Virus record (IMG/VR): IMGVR_UViG_3300020716_000002
Reading direction: 5' to 3' (one strand)
Length of the DNA stretch: 64,000 nucleotides
Source: an uncultured virus (IMG/VR IMGVR_UViG_3300020716_000002)
Lineage: Duplodnaviria; Heunggongvirae; Uroviricota; Caudoviricetes
Positions 17,528 to 27,900 of the stretch are shown here, piece after piece. Within the stretch, counting starts at the first letter, position 1; each line of letters begins with the position of its first letter. The translations under genes were made by a program, and so were the position numbers. The notes beneath the pieces were generated by a model, which was given only the letters and a program-made list of their open reading frames with translations, did not search any database and was not told where the DNA came from.

Positions 17528-18391
17528 ATGAGTAATGAACTCGCAACGCTTCTCGCTAGTAACCCCGCCCTTGCAGGTCTTGATGAAGACACACTTGCCG
17601 TATCAGGCGGTGGTGTTGGTGGTAACAAACGTATCTCCATCAAAGGAGGTGTATTCCGCAAGTATTCAGGCGGAAAAGAAATTGGAGCTATTGAAGATAG
17701 ACATATGAATGTTATCTTTGTCAAGATGGCTCACACCGCATCACGTATGTTCTATGAAGGTTCATACCAAGAAGGTCAAAAGATTAGCCCTAACTGCTGG
17801 TCAACCGATTCTAAAACGCCCGACCAAGATGTTAAACAACCTGTCGCAAGTGCTTGTATTGATTGCCCCAAATCTGTAAAAGGTTCAGGTCAAGGCGGTA
17901 CAGGTACGGCTTGTCGCCTCTCATGGAGAACTGCAGTTGTATTACCTAATGATCCAGCTGGAGATGTAATGCAATTGGTCCTACCCGCTACTTCATCTTT
18001 CGGTAAAGAAGATAATGGAAGATGGCCTTTCCGTCCTTATGTTCAGCACTTGGCGTCACACAATGTGTCGGCAGGCCGCGTGGTAACTAAGATGGCTTTC
18101 GATACAAAATCTCCTACACCAAAGGTTTTGTTTAGTCCTGCAGGCGCTGTGCCTGAAGACGATCTAATGGTAATCGCTAGGCAATCTAAGAGTCCAGCCG
18201 CTGAAGCCGCCGTTAGAATGAATGTCTTCCAAATGGATACAGAGAGTGAAGCAATTCCTAAACGACAAGAGATTGTTGAAGAGGCAGTTGAGGAAGTCAC
18301 CCTCGAACCAGTAAAACGTGAGTCAACTAAGACTGCGCCTGTTGCTGAGAAAGACGTTTCTTCTGTCGTGAAAAAATGGGCTAAGAAGTAA
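17528..18391 (+). CDS. putative ssDNA-binding / recombination protein
   Basis: RISIKGGVFR, CWS..CxxC..C, acidic C-terminal region; replication context; AAGGA RBS at ATG 17528. Confidence 0.6.
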   Translation: MSNELATLLASNPALAGLDEDTLAVSGGGVGGNKRISIKGGVFRKYSGGKEIGAIEDRHMNVIFVKMAHTASRMFYEGSYQEGQKISPNCWSTDSKTPDQDVKQPVASACIDCPKSVKGSGQGGTGTACRLSWRTAVVLPNDPAGDVMQLVLPATSSFGKEDNGRWPFRPYVQHLASHNVSAGRVVTKMAFDTKSPTPKVLFSPAGAVPEDDLMVIARQSKSPAAEAAVRMNVFQMDTESEAIPKRQEIVEEAVEEVTLEPVKRESTKTAPVAEKDVSSVVKKWAKK

Positions 18392-18400
18392 GGAGTAGGG

Positions 18401-18712
18401 ATGTCACGACCATATAGCAAAGAGTTCCTTGAAGAACTATATAAGTGTGACCCCGACATGACTGGAACTGCATTGGCTCTTGCTTGTGTGAGAGGCAATC
18501 TTCCAGCCAACTATGTTGCGATGGCACTTGAAGTATCTAGGATGACTATGTTCAGTTGGTTCCGTGGCAAACCTCTTCGCCATAAGAATTTTCTGAAAGT
18601 CCAAGCATTTACTAATTTAGTTGAAAACGATCTAAGTATCGGTGTACTACCAGCCAAGAGCGTTAAGCAAGCTAAGGAGTATTTACAGGAGATGGTCGGA
18701 AGAACATTTTAA
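18401..18712 (+). CDS. HTH transcriptional regulator (Cro/XRE-like)
   Basis: VAMALEVSRMTMFSWFRG helix-turn-helix. Confidence 0.7.
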   Translation: MSRPYSKEFLEELYKCDPDMTGTALALACVRGNLPANYVAMALEVSRMTMFSWFRGKPLRHKNFLKVQAFTNLVENDLSIGVLPAKSVKQAKEYLQEMVGRTF

Positions 18713-18716
18713 AAAA

Positions 18717-18836
18717 GGGGAAACGGTCAGAAGCCGCTATGTGCATTAGCTCAGCCTTGTTACCTGTCTAATAGCATAGGAACTAGTAAATCCTAAGCTA
18801 CGCAGTGTAATAGTAAACTTCTGATGAGAGTACCCA
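18717..18836 (+). ncRNA. candidate multi-stem RNA closed by a GAA/AGUA (loop E-like) motif
   Basis: GGG-GAA...AGTA-CCC outer stem, TCAGAAG/CTTCTGA stem, inner CTATG/CATAG and ATTAG/CTAAT stems. Confidence 0.5.
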
Positions 18837-18848
18837 CCTCATTCACCC

Positions 18849-18871
18849 AAGCGAGATAGCTCGCTTTTTTT
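18849..18871 (+). terminator. intrinsic terminator just upstream of the primase start
   Basis: AAGCGAG-ATAG-CTCGCTT followed by a T run. Confidence 0.75.
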
Positions 18872-18884
18872 GACTCTGCGCCAT

Positions 18885-21731
18885 ATGTTAAAACAATTTT
18901 ACGAGAAAGCATTGCCATCGCAGGGCGTCTATTGTGTAGGAAGTTTTGATTCCAGAATGAGGAATCACTTTGCTGAGACGCTCGACGAGTTGTTTGAGAT
19001 AGTTGAGAAGTATAAAAAGACACACAACATATTTGTTACCCCAGGAAGTTTTGAAGGGCATAGCCGTAAGGCAGATGATTGTTTATTTGTAAAGTCATTC
19101 TTTATTGATCTTGATGTAGGAAAAAGTAAAGAATATGCAACCAAAGGCGACGCACACACGGCGCTTTATAAACTAGTTGGGGCAACTGGATTACCAGACC
19201 CAGTTGTGATTGATTCAGGAGGTGGTGTTCATGCTTACTGGATTATGGATGTTGACATTCCTAAAGATGAATGGAAAATCTACGCTGAGAAGTTTAAAGC
19301 ACTATGCCAAGAACACATTGCGATTGATCCAGTAGTGACTGCAGATGCCGCTAGATTTATGCGGTGTCCTGAAACAAAAAACTTTAAGTACGATCCGCCA
19401 CTTGAAACGTCAGTTGTCAGTGATGAAATTTCTGTTTATAACTGGGAGGAGTTTCGTGAGTTCCTTGGGGGCCCGCCAAGTATTGAAGAGCAACAGTTAG
19501 AAGATGTTTTAGCGAGTATTCCTAAAGGTCTTGATGACGATACCAAAGAAATTCTTAAGCTAGATAACTTTGCAAGAACCTTTGAAACCCTCGCAGATAA
19601 AAGTTTAAATGGGTCAGGGTGCAATCAAGTAGCTAACATTCTTATCAATGCAAACACACTTGAAGAACCGCTATGGTGGGCAGGCTTATCACTAGCTAAG
19701 CATTGTGATGACGGAGATACCGCCATACACAAGATGTCCGAAGATCACCCAGACTATAACTATGAAAAAACACAAGCCAAGGCAAATAGCATACCTGCTC
19801 CAAAAACCTGCAAATGGTTTATTGAAAACTACCCCGATCATTGCGAAGGATGCATACACAGAGGAAGTATTGTTAGCCCAATCAGTCTCGCAAAAGAATT
19901 TGTCCCAGCCAAGCCCTCAGAAAAAATTACCCCCGAAACAGATTCGGAGGAACCAGTTTGGGAGCCGCCGAATACCAAAGGTATTCCTGATTTCCCAGAA
20001 TTCTTGATGCCCTATGTACGTGGACAAAATGGCGGTATCTATTTCATTCCAGCACCCAAAGTAGATAAGAAAGGCGTTAAACATCAGGATGATCCAGTAC
20101 TTATCTTAACTAACGATCTATACCCTTTAACTAGGATGATAAGTCCACAAGATGGTGAGTGCTTATTAATGAGAACTCATCTGCCACACGACGGCATAAA
20201 AGATTTTCTTTTACCTGTTAAGAACATCTACTCTAAAGAAGCCTTTAAAGGAATTATGGGTAGCAGTGGCGTATTATTTTCTCAGCAACATGATCAACAC
20301 CTTATGAACTATGTAATTAAATGGGGACAGTATTTGCAGTCCCAGGAAAAAGCTTTACAGATGCGTATGCAAATGGGATGGACAGAGGAGCGCACTGATC
20401 TTATAAACTGGGAGAAGCGTTGTTTTGTGATTGGCAAGAAAGAATACAACCGCATGGGCGAAACAATTGATGCGCCATCATCTCCGTTGGTAAAAGGTTT
20501 AGCTAGACATATGAAAGAAAGCGGGACCTTTGCGCGTTGGCGTGAGTCAATGGATTATCTAAACAAGCCTGGCTTTGAGCTGCATGCGTTTGCCGCTATG
20601 ACTGGGTTTGGTTCTCCTATTATGTCTTATACGTCAACTTCAGGCGTGGCTATCAGCCTTCACGGACTATCAGGTTGCGCCAAGACAGGAGCGATGTACG
20701 CTGGACTTAGCGTGTGGGGGCAACCCAAAGAGTTGAGCGTTGTAGACGGGACGGGTAATGGTTTCATGGGTCGATATTTAGGACTGCATAATATCTTGCT
20801 TGGTCTTGATGAGGTAGGCGACAAACATGCAGAGGAGATAGGCAAACTAATTCATGGCTTGTCACATGGTAAAGCAAAGATAAGGATGCAGGCATCCGTT
20901 AACGCTGAACGTGATTATGAAATGTCAGCGTCTCTGATTGCAATGTTTACCACAAACCATGCGCTGTATGAAAAATTAATGGCGGCTAAGTTTATTCCGA
21001 CAGGTGAGGCAGCTAGGCTTGTTGAATTTGAAGTTATAAAACCCAAGCTATTAGAAGACAACGAACAGACTAAACTTGGCGAGTATATTTTTGATGCGTT
21101 TAGATACAACTATGGTCATGCAGGACCAATGTATGTTAAGCAGCTTCTCTTGCGGGGCGACAATTATATTTTTGATCACATCGCCAAGTGGGAAGATAAA
21201 TTCTTAAGCGACTTTGGTGGGCAGACTGAATACCGCTTTTACAAAAACTTAGTAGGCGCTACATTTGGTTCAGGGGCTATTTCCAACGAGAATGAAATTA
21301 CTGACTTTGAGCTTGAAAAAATATACGAGAGAATCGTAGGCGAGATGATCAATATCAGAAACAAGATTGTCAAGGTTAACCGCGCAGACTATCCATCATT
21401 ACTTGGCGATTTTATCAACCTTAACATGGGCAACATACTCGTGCTCAAAGAAGGTAAGGTAACTATGGAGCCCAGAGGCAAGATTGTGGCACGTATCGTT
21501 AGTGAAGATGGACTTGTACAAGTATCCAAAACTGAATTCAAAGAGTTCTTAAAGACACGTAAGGTAGGCCCCGGTGAGTTTGAGAACGATATGAAGACTA
21601 ATGGTATATTAATTGATGATAAGAAAGGCAGACTGACAACCGGGTGGAAGAACGCCATAAGCGTAGACTCTGCTTATCTGTATTGGTTCAAAACTAAAGT
21701 GCCTGATGAGTGGGTAAAAGATGATAATTGA
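18885..21731 (+). CDS. primase (RepB/AEP-like) fused to DUF927-type helicase
   Basis: FIDLD and SGGGVHAYW primase motifs, Cys cluster CKWF..CEGC.H, P-loop GLSGCAKT, LDE; ATG 18885 preferred to TTG 18870. Confidence 0.85.
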   Translation: MLKQFYEKALPSQGVYCVGSFDSRMRNHFAETLDELFEIVEKYKKTHNIFVTPGSFEGHSRKADDCLFVKSFFIDLDVGKSKEYATKGDAHTALYKLVGATGLPDPVVIDSGGGVHAYWIMDVDIPKDEWKIYAEKFKALCQEHIAIDPVVTADAARFMRCPETKNFKYDPPLETSVVSDEISVYNWEEFREFLGGPPSIEEQQLEDVLASIPKGLDDDTKEILKLDNFARTFETLADKSLNGSGCNQVANILINANTLEEPLWWAGLSLAKHCDDGDTAIHKMSEDHPDYNYEKTQAKANSIPAPKTCKWFIENYPDHCEGCIHRGSIVSPISLAKEFVPAKPSEKITPETDSEEPVWEPPNTKGIPDFPEFLMPYVRGQNGGIYFIPAPKVDKKGVKHQDDPVLILTNDLYPLTRMISPQDGECLLMRTHLPHDGIKDFLLPVKNIYSKEAFKGIMGSSGVLFSQQHDQHLMNYVIKWGQYLQSQEKALQMRMQMGWTEERTDLINWEKRCFVIGKKEYNRMGETIDAPSSPLVKGLARHMKESGTFARWRESMDYLNKPGFELHAFAAMTGFGSPIMSYTSTSGVAISLHGLSGCAKTGAMYAGLSVWGQPKELSVVDGTGNGFMGRYLGLHNILLGLDEVGDKHAEEIGKLIHGLSHGKAKIRMQASVNAERDYEMSASLIAMFTTNHALYEKLMAAKFIPTGEAARLVEFEVIKPKLLEDNEQTKLGEYIFDAFRYNYGHAGPMYVKQLLLRGDNYIFDHIAKWEDKFLSDFGGQTEYRFYKNLVGATFGSGAISNENEITDFELEKIYERIVGEMINIRNKIVKVNRADYPSLLGDFINLNMGNILVLKEGKVTMEPRGKIVARIVSEDGLVQVSKTEFKEFLKTRKVGPGEFENDMKTNGILIDDKKGRLTTGWKNAISVDSAYLYWFKTKVPDEWVKDDN

Positions 21732-21915
21732 ACCAGAATGGGTCTTCCCATTTGAGGGCATGGATGTTGGGGATAGTTTCTTTATCCCTACTCTGCGTTT
21801 TGCTGAGTTAATTTATGCACTTGACTGCGGAGCGAAACGCGCCAAGATACGTGTGAAGTCCTACGTTTCAATTAAAGATGACTGTATAGGCGTACGTACT
21901 TGGCGCATTCGTTAG
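21721..21915 (+). CDS. small conserved protein
   Basis: FPFEGMDVGDSFFIP...GVRTWR; last + strand gene. Confidence 0.75.
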   Translation: MIIEPEWVFPFEGMDVGDSFFIPTLRFAELIYALDCGAKRAKIRVKSYVSIKDDCIGVRTWRIR

Positions 21916-24900
21916 GGGTTAACCCCATAAATTTTAAACATATCTACCATGTTATGCTTAACTAAATTTTCTCTTTGAGTGACATTTTTTAATATCTCAT
22001 CTCTTTGTTTAGGCGTGAGCCCTTGCATAAGTCTATAAGTCTTGGCTTCTTCTCTTAATGGATTAAGATTGTTATTCAATTGGCTGTTGTATGAACTAAC
22101 AACAACTTCAGCAAGAGGATTCTTAGCCATATAGTTTGCATACGCTATAGGAGATGCTTTCTTAAACTCATTAAGTTTACCTTCCATATCCAGTATTTGT
22201 TTTTCAGCTTTAGTGAATTCTCTTGAATCAACGTTTGACTTTGCGCCAAAGAATGAGTTAAATAAGAACATATCATTTTTAGGACTGAAATCTTTTCTGC
22301 CTTGAGTTAGATCAAATATACCATATCCGAATTCACCCAGCCTTGCTACTCCATCTAAATAACTATTAGACAAGAAGTATAAAGTGTTAGGACTCCAGTC
22401 AATGCTACCACCTGATGATATAGCTAACTCACGAGCTATAGTTTTATATACTTCAGGAATCTTATCCCCACCAGTAAATGCATCACCAAATCTACGGTTT
22501 TGATCGTTATAAATATTTTGCCCTAAACCATTCTTATTCATAGCGAACTCTAATAGAGGACGAACTATGCTTGGCGTAATAGAATCTAATAAGAACTCCA
22601 AAGGCATTTCTGCTGGAGGCATTTTAGAAATTGGGATTGGTACAAATGAGTCAAGTGAAATAGATAAGAATATATTAGATAACGCATCGCCAATAGGCTG
22701 GGCCCCAGATAACGCTGCAGCTATTTGCGCACCTGCCGCTGCGAAAGCACCAAGACCGAAGCCCCAAGGTACTTGGAATACAGTATCTGTACCAGGTATA
22801 TGGAATCTTGCAAAGCGTGTCCATTGTTGCATGTTATCAGACTTAACCGCATTACGTTTCCACTCATCATCAGGAGCCATCAAAGACGCCATCCAATAAG
22901 TAATCATACCCGCAGCCACCAAACCAGCAACCATGTGTCTAGCATTGCTTTGCTTTTCTTTATATTGAGCTATAAACTTATCGCTTAATTCTTTACTAGA
23001 TTGTATTTCTGTTGGTTGTCTACTAAGCGCTTCTTTAACACTCATGAAAGCTGGAGTCACCGCCTCAATTGCAGTCAATGCGCCTGTAGCTGAAGGACGA
23101 ATAAACATATAAAGCGCACCAAGCGATTTACCGTATTTACCAACTTGTTCAAAGTTAGCCAAGTTTTTAGTTTCAGAAACCGCATGATCAATTGCAGCCT
23201 GCATTGCGCCTTCTTTAGTTGCGTCAGGTTTTTTAAGTTCTTCTTGATAGAACCTATCCCTTAATATTTTAAAAGCTGCAGTACGGCTTGCAAACTCAAA
23301 CATGTCTGTCCATGTATCAATGAGCTTCTCAAATTGTTCTTTTGAGCGTACAAGTTTATTACGTCCAAGTTCTTTACTTAATTCCTCAAGCTGTGAGTGC
23401 AGGCTGTATCCCATTAAATATGTAGATTTACCACCATTATTAATGTACTCAAGCATAGCGGCTTTGTATGGATCATAAGCCTTGCTCTTTGGGTCTGAGA
23501 AACTCTTCATCTTGTTTTGACTAAGTACGTCTCCTCGCTCATGCAAGTATGCAATTTCCATTGCTTTAGGTAGACCCTTATTTATAACAATCTGATCTGA
23601 CATTTCTCTAACAAATGCGGCGGCAGCTCTTGGACCATACTTTGCACCAATGAAGAAAGCATTAGTTAATGAGTCGCGTGTAAAGTTTAATGGCGCAAAT
23701 TGGAAGTTATACCGTGTATGTTGTTTGCCAAAGAATGATGTGACCTTATTCATAAGATCAATGGTAGGGCTAGTCTCTCTATATGTACGACGTATTGCGT
23801 CTAGGACTTTACCTTCATCTAATAAAAGAACATCAATACTTCCATCTTTGTTGTAGTGGAATATACTCTTGCCACCTTTTAACTTATCGAAGTTAAAAGT
23901 CTCGCGCTCGGAGAATGGTATGTGGTATTCTATTTTTCCTTTAAGAATTCCCGTGCCTTCTGGATTATATTTTTTGTGGTAAGGCAATGCATTTTTAAGT
24001 GATTGAGTTAGATCAGCGCGACCTGCTCTACCTGCTGCTTTGATGGAATCCACCATAGCTTGTAATAAAGGATCATTTGCAGTACTCGTTCTACCTGTTG
24101 CGCCTTTAGTAATTTCTTGGAACTCTTTACCTTTTCCAATCCTATGAGGATCAAGCATGGCATCTATCTTGGCGTGTTCTGGTACACCTTTAAATGGTAA
24201 GTAATGCTGGTAATCATATATCCCTACAAAGTTACTGACAGGGAATGACCAGAACCCAGATATCTTATCGAGTTCTTTTGTTGCATCTGTAAGTTTCTTA
24301 GAAGCCTCAAATACTTTTTCTGCTAATTGCTTCATCTTTGCATTAGCTGGATCATTGTATTCTTTCTGACGATCTGCAATATCTTGTACGCTTAATCCAA
24401 GCGCATTGTATTCATCAGAATTTTCATTAATAGATTGATTTTCATATATACCGCCATAACCAAGTGGGTCAGCGTAATTTTTTGCGAGTGCTTCTAGTTC
24501 GGCACGGATTTGTTTTAGTTGTGCCTCGTCTAATTCAACTTTATGCACAATGCCAGGAATTCCTTTTGATCTATCTCCTATCAGATCAATACGACGCTGC
24601 GCGGGATTAAGCGTTCCGTTGTTTAAAACATTTTTAGTTGATAGCGGTACAAACAATAACCACTTAATATGCCGACGCTCTTTCTCGCCAAACATTTCAG
24701 CAATTGCATGAAGTCTCTTTCTTGCATCATCTACAGGCAAGCCTAATTGTGTGGCAAAGTTTGAAACTGCCACATCTAAATCATGTGATGGTTCGCTTAA
24801 ATACTTAACAAAGAAACCCTTAGCCCTAGACTGAGCCAAATTAAGTTTGTCATAAAAATTATTAAAGTTCTTTAGAGGGTCTCTTATAATTTTACCGACG

Positions 24901-27900
24901 GCATCCCAACTATTTTGTAGAACTTTGGCTTCATATCGTTCGTCAACAAAATTAGTAGCAACATCTTTCATGCCTTGGTAACTAAAATTGTAAAGTATTT
25001 TTTCTACTAAACTTTTAGGCGCAGGATTTTTATCTTCGTATCTAGGATCTTTTTCTACAAATATAGTATTTTTAGATATACCTTCTTTTTCTGCTTGTTT
25101 TGTAGCATTTAAAGTTTCGCTTATATCCATGCCTACCTGCGGTACAGATAAGATTTGTTCAAAAGCAGAAGATACTTCTAATAAATAGTTAGCTCTAGCA
25201 CTCTTACCTATATTGCCTTTTGTAACGCCAAGTACTTTTGCAATTGCTTTAGTAAATGAAGTCCACATAGAACCAGCAATACTTTCTATTCTTTCGGCAG
25301 GCTTAGTACCAAGCTCGGATGCAAATAGCTCATTATGGTATATGCTAGGCGCGTAGTTATGTAACTCGTCCTGGAATGTCTTACTAGTCATTGCATAAGC
25401 TACAAACTCATACAAGTTTTTATATGCTTTAGGATAGCTATCGCCAAGGATTTCCTTGGTTTGGTTCATTATTTCTTCTAAGCGTTTTACGCCAAGTATC
25501 TGTTGGGCAGATAACAATGCAGTTTGTCCGCTTTTAACAAGATGAATTATTTTAACTGTACCCGCATGAACAATCTCATGCAAAATAGTAGATTTAGTTA
25601 AGCCATCTTTTCCGTAAATTACCGTATCTGTTTTAGTATCATATTTAGCAAGTACGTCATGTGATAGTTCACCTTCCTTAGCGAATCTTATTTGAGTCGC
25701 TAACTGCAGATTACCAAGTAACCCCGCAACTAATTTGTTTATTCTAGATGTTACATTATCAACTGATGCGTCACCCCTTAAAGGCTCTTCTTTTAAAGAT
25801 TTAAGTACACCATTAATATTATTATCCTTAATCATACCTATAACGGCTTCAGATACGGCAGATTTTTGGGCAACGTAAGGTGTGATAGGGGATGTACTTC
25901 TTGCTACTTTTTCTCTAAGTTCTGCATATTTAGCTTGATTCTTTTCAGATATAGCGGTAGCTGCACGTTTGTATTTATTAATGTTATCAAACTCAGCTTG
26001 ACGTTGAGTTTCTGTTAAATTTCTTTTTTCATTAATTAGCTGAACACCAAGTTTGTAGAACGCGTCATCATGCTGAAGCCCAGAGTTATCAACAATACTT
26101 TGTAAATAAATATCTTTAGCTTCTTGACTAAGCCTATCCCAACGTGGAAATACGATACCAAAAATTCTATGTGCATCATCACGATTTTCTTCGTAATTAT
26201 TAATGATACGTCTTTGTTCGGCAGTAAGTGTTTCTTGTTTATATCCCCTACCTCTGCCCGTAGTGTTTTCAATATATTCAAGTAAAGCTCTAGCCGCTTT
26301 TCTATGTTCAGCTAAATGTTGTTCGCGAGTCTTCTTACCCGTAGTTATATGACTAAAGTATATATCTTTCTTATCATCTGTTAATCTATTTTGAGAAGTA
26401 GTACCCGCGCTTGCCCATTCAGGCAACTGACGTAATCTAGGACCATGTTCTTTAAGTTCATCCTCAATATCCATTAAACGATCAAGAGCTTCTTCTTCTT
26501 TACGACGCGCTTCAGCCTCTTGTTCTCTAAGTCTAGCGGCTACTGGATCATTTTCTTTTACAAGTTTTTCTAATTGATTTTTTAATACGTCAATTTTTGT
26601 TTGAAGCAGTTTCTTTTCATTTAAATTTTTTGTATTTTTTACATCTTCTTCAAACTCTGAAATACTTTGTTTAATATTTTGTTCATTGCTTGAAAGATCA
26701 TCAAGTTTATCTTGTATATCTAATACATCATCAGACGCTTTACGGTGTTCCTCATCAACAAGTTTAAATCTACCACTAATTTCATCGTGCTTTGCATTGT
26801 GTGATTCTACTTGATCTTTAATTTCTTGACTAACTTCTTCATAAAATGCTTGAGCTAATGGGTATTTGTCCTGTACTTTTTGTTCTCTTTCAGCAACTTC
26901 TTCTTTAGTTAATTGTTGTTCTTTCTCTTTTTCTAAACGTTCTTTTTCTTTTTGATCTTGCTCATAATGTTGTTGAAGCGCCATTGCAGCTTTAGTATTC
27001 TCTTCAGGAGATTTACTTGAATCGTATTTAAATACAGGGCCTTCATCTTTATGGGCAAAAAATTCTGTGCCATCACTTATATTATTTTTAGCTTTTAATT
27101 TATTAAGTTCTGTTAATTTTTTTACATATGTAGGATTAGTTTCAGGAATCCCGCTGTCTTTCAGCTGATCTATTTGATCAATAAGATCATCTATCTTCTT
27201 TTGCATGTAAGGAGATGGCTGTGCTTTTACTTTTCCTTTTACTGTAGAGGGCTTTGTTGTTTCTCCAGCATTAGGCACTCCAACATCCTGCCCAGTAGAA
27301 ACCACTCCACTTGTGTCAGGTCCGGGAGCTCCTGCGGCGGGCTGTCCTTGATCGGTTGGCTGTACCACTGCAGTGCTAGTTCCACCTGGTTGTCCGTTAG
27401 GCTGCTCAGCATTTTTTAACTCCTCTAGTCTATTTTGTAGCCGCGCAATTAGGTCTGCGCGTTTCTCCGCATGTTTACCTTTGGCTGGGGGCTTAGCTTG
27501 ACTTTCGGCAATCCTAGCTTCAATTTGCTCCGCAGTCATATTTTTTTCTGCTGGGGTTAAAGAAGTAAGTTTTCTAGGTGCATTAGGATTAGTTTCAGAT
27601 ACCTCGTCAATACTTCTATTAGCTACGCTATTATTATTTTTAATCGCCTCAGTTGTAGTGTCGGCTGTGTCAGTTAATGCTGTATTGTTTTCTCCAACAG
27701 CTGGCTTAAGAATAGATAAATGCTCTGGGTTTAATGTACTTTGTTTTGTTCTGCCCGCATCCTTTTGCTCATCAGTACTTTTTTGTGTATCAGAATTTTC
27801 TTGTTGTGCTTTACCGTTTAAAACTTCTGCGTCTTTTGCATGGGAACGCGCACGGTATCCACCCACTGATGATGGAATAACAGCCATACCAAATGAAGCA

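Noticed and set aside
18717..18836. Hammerhead ribozyme (GAAAC at 18720 and CTGATGA at 18821)
   Set aside because: Stem II cannot close (G opposite G), stem III has room for only a 1-nt loop, and CTGA is better paired with TCAG
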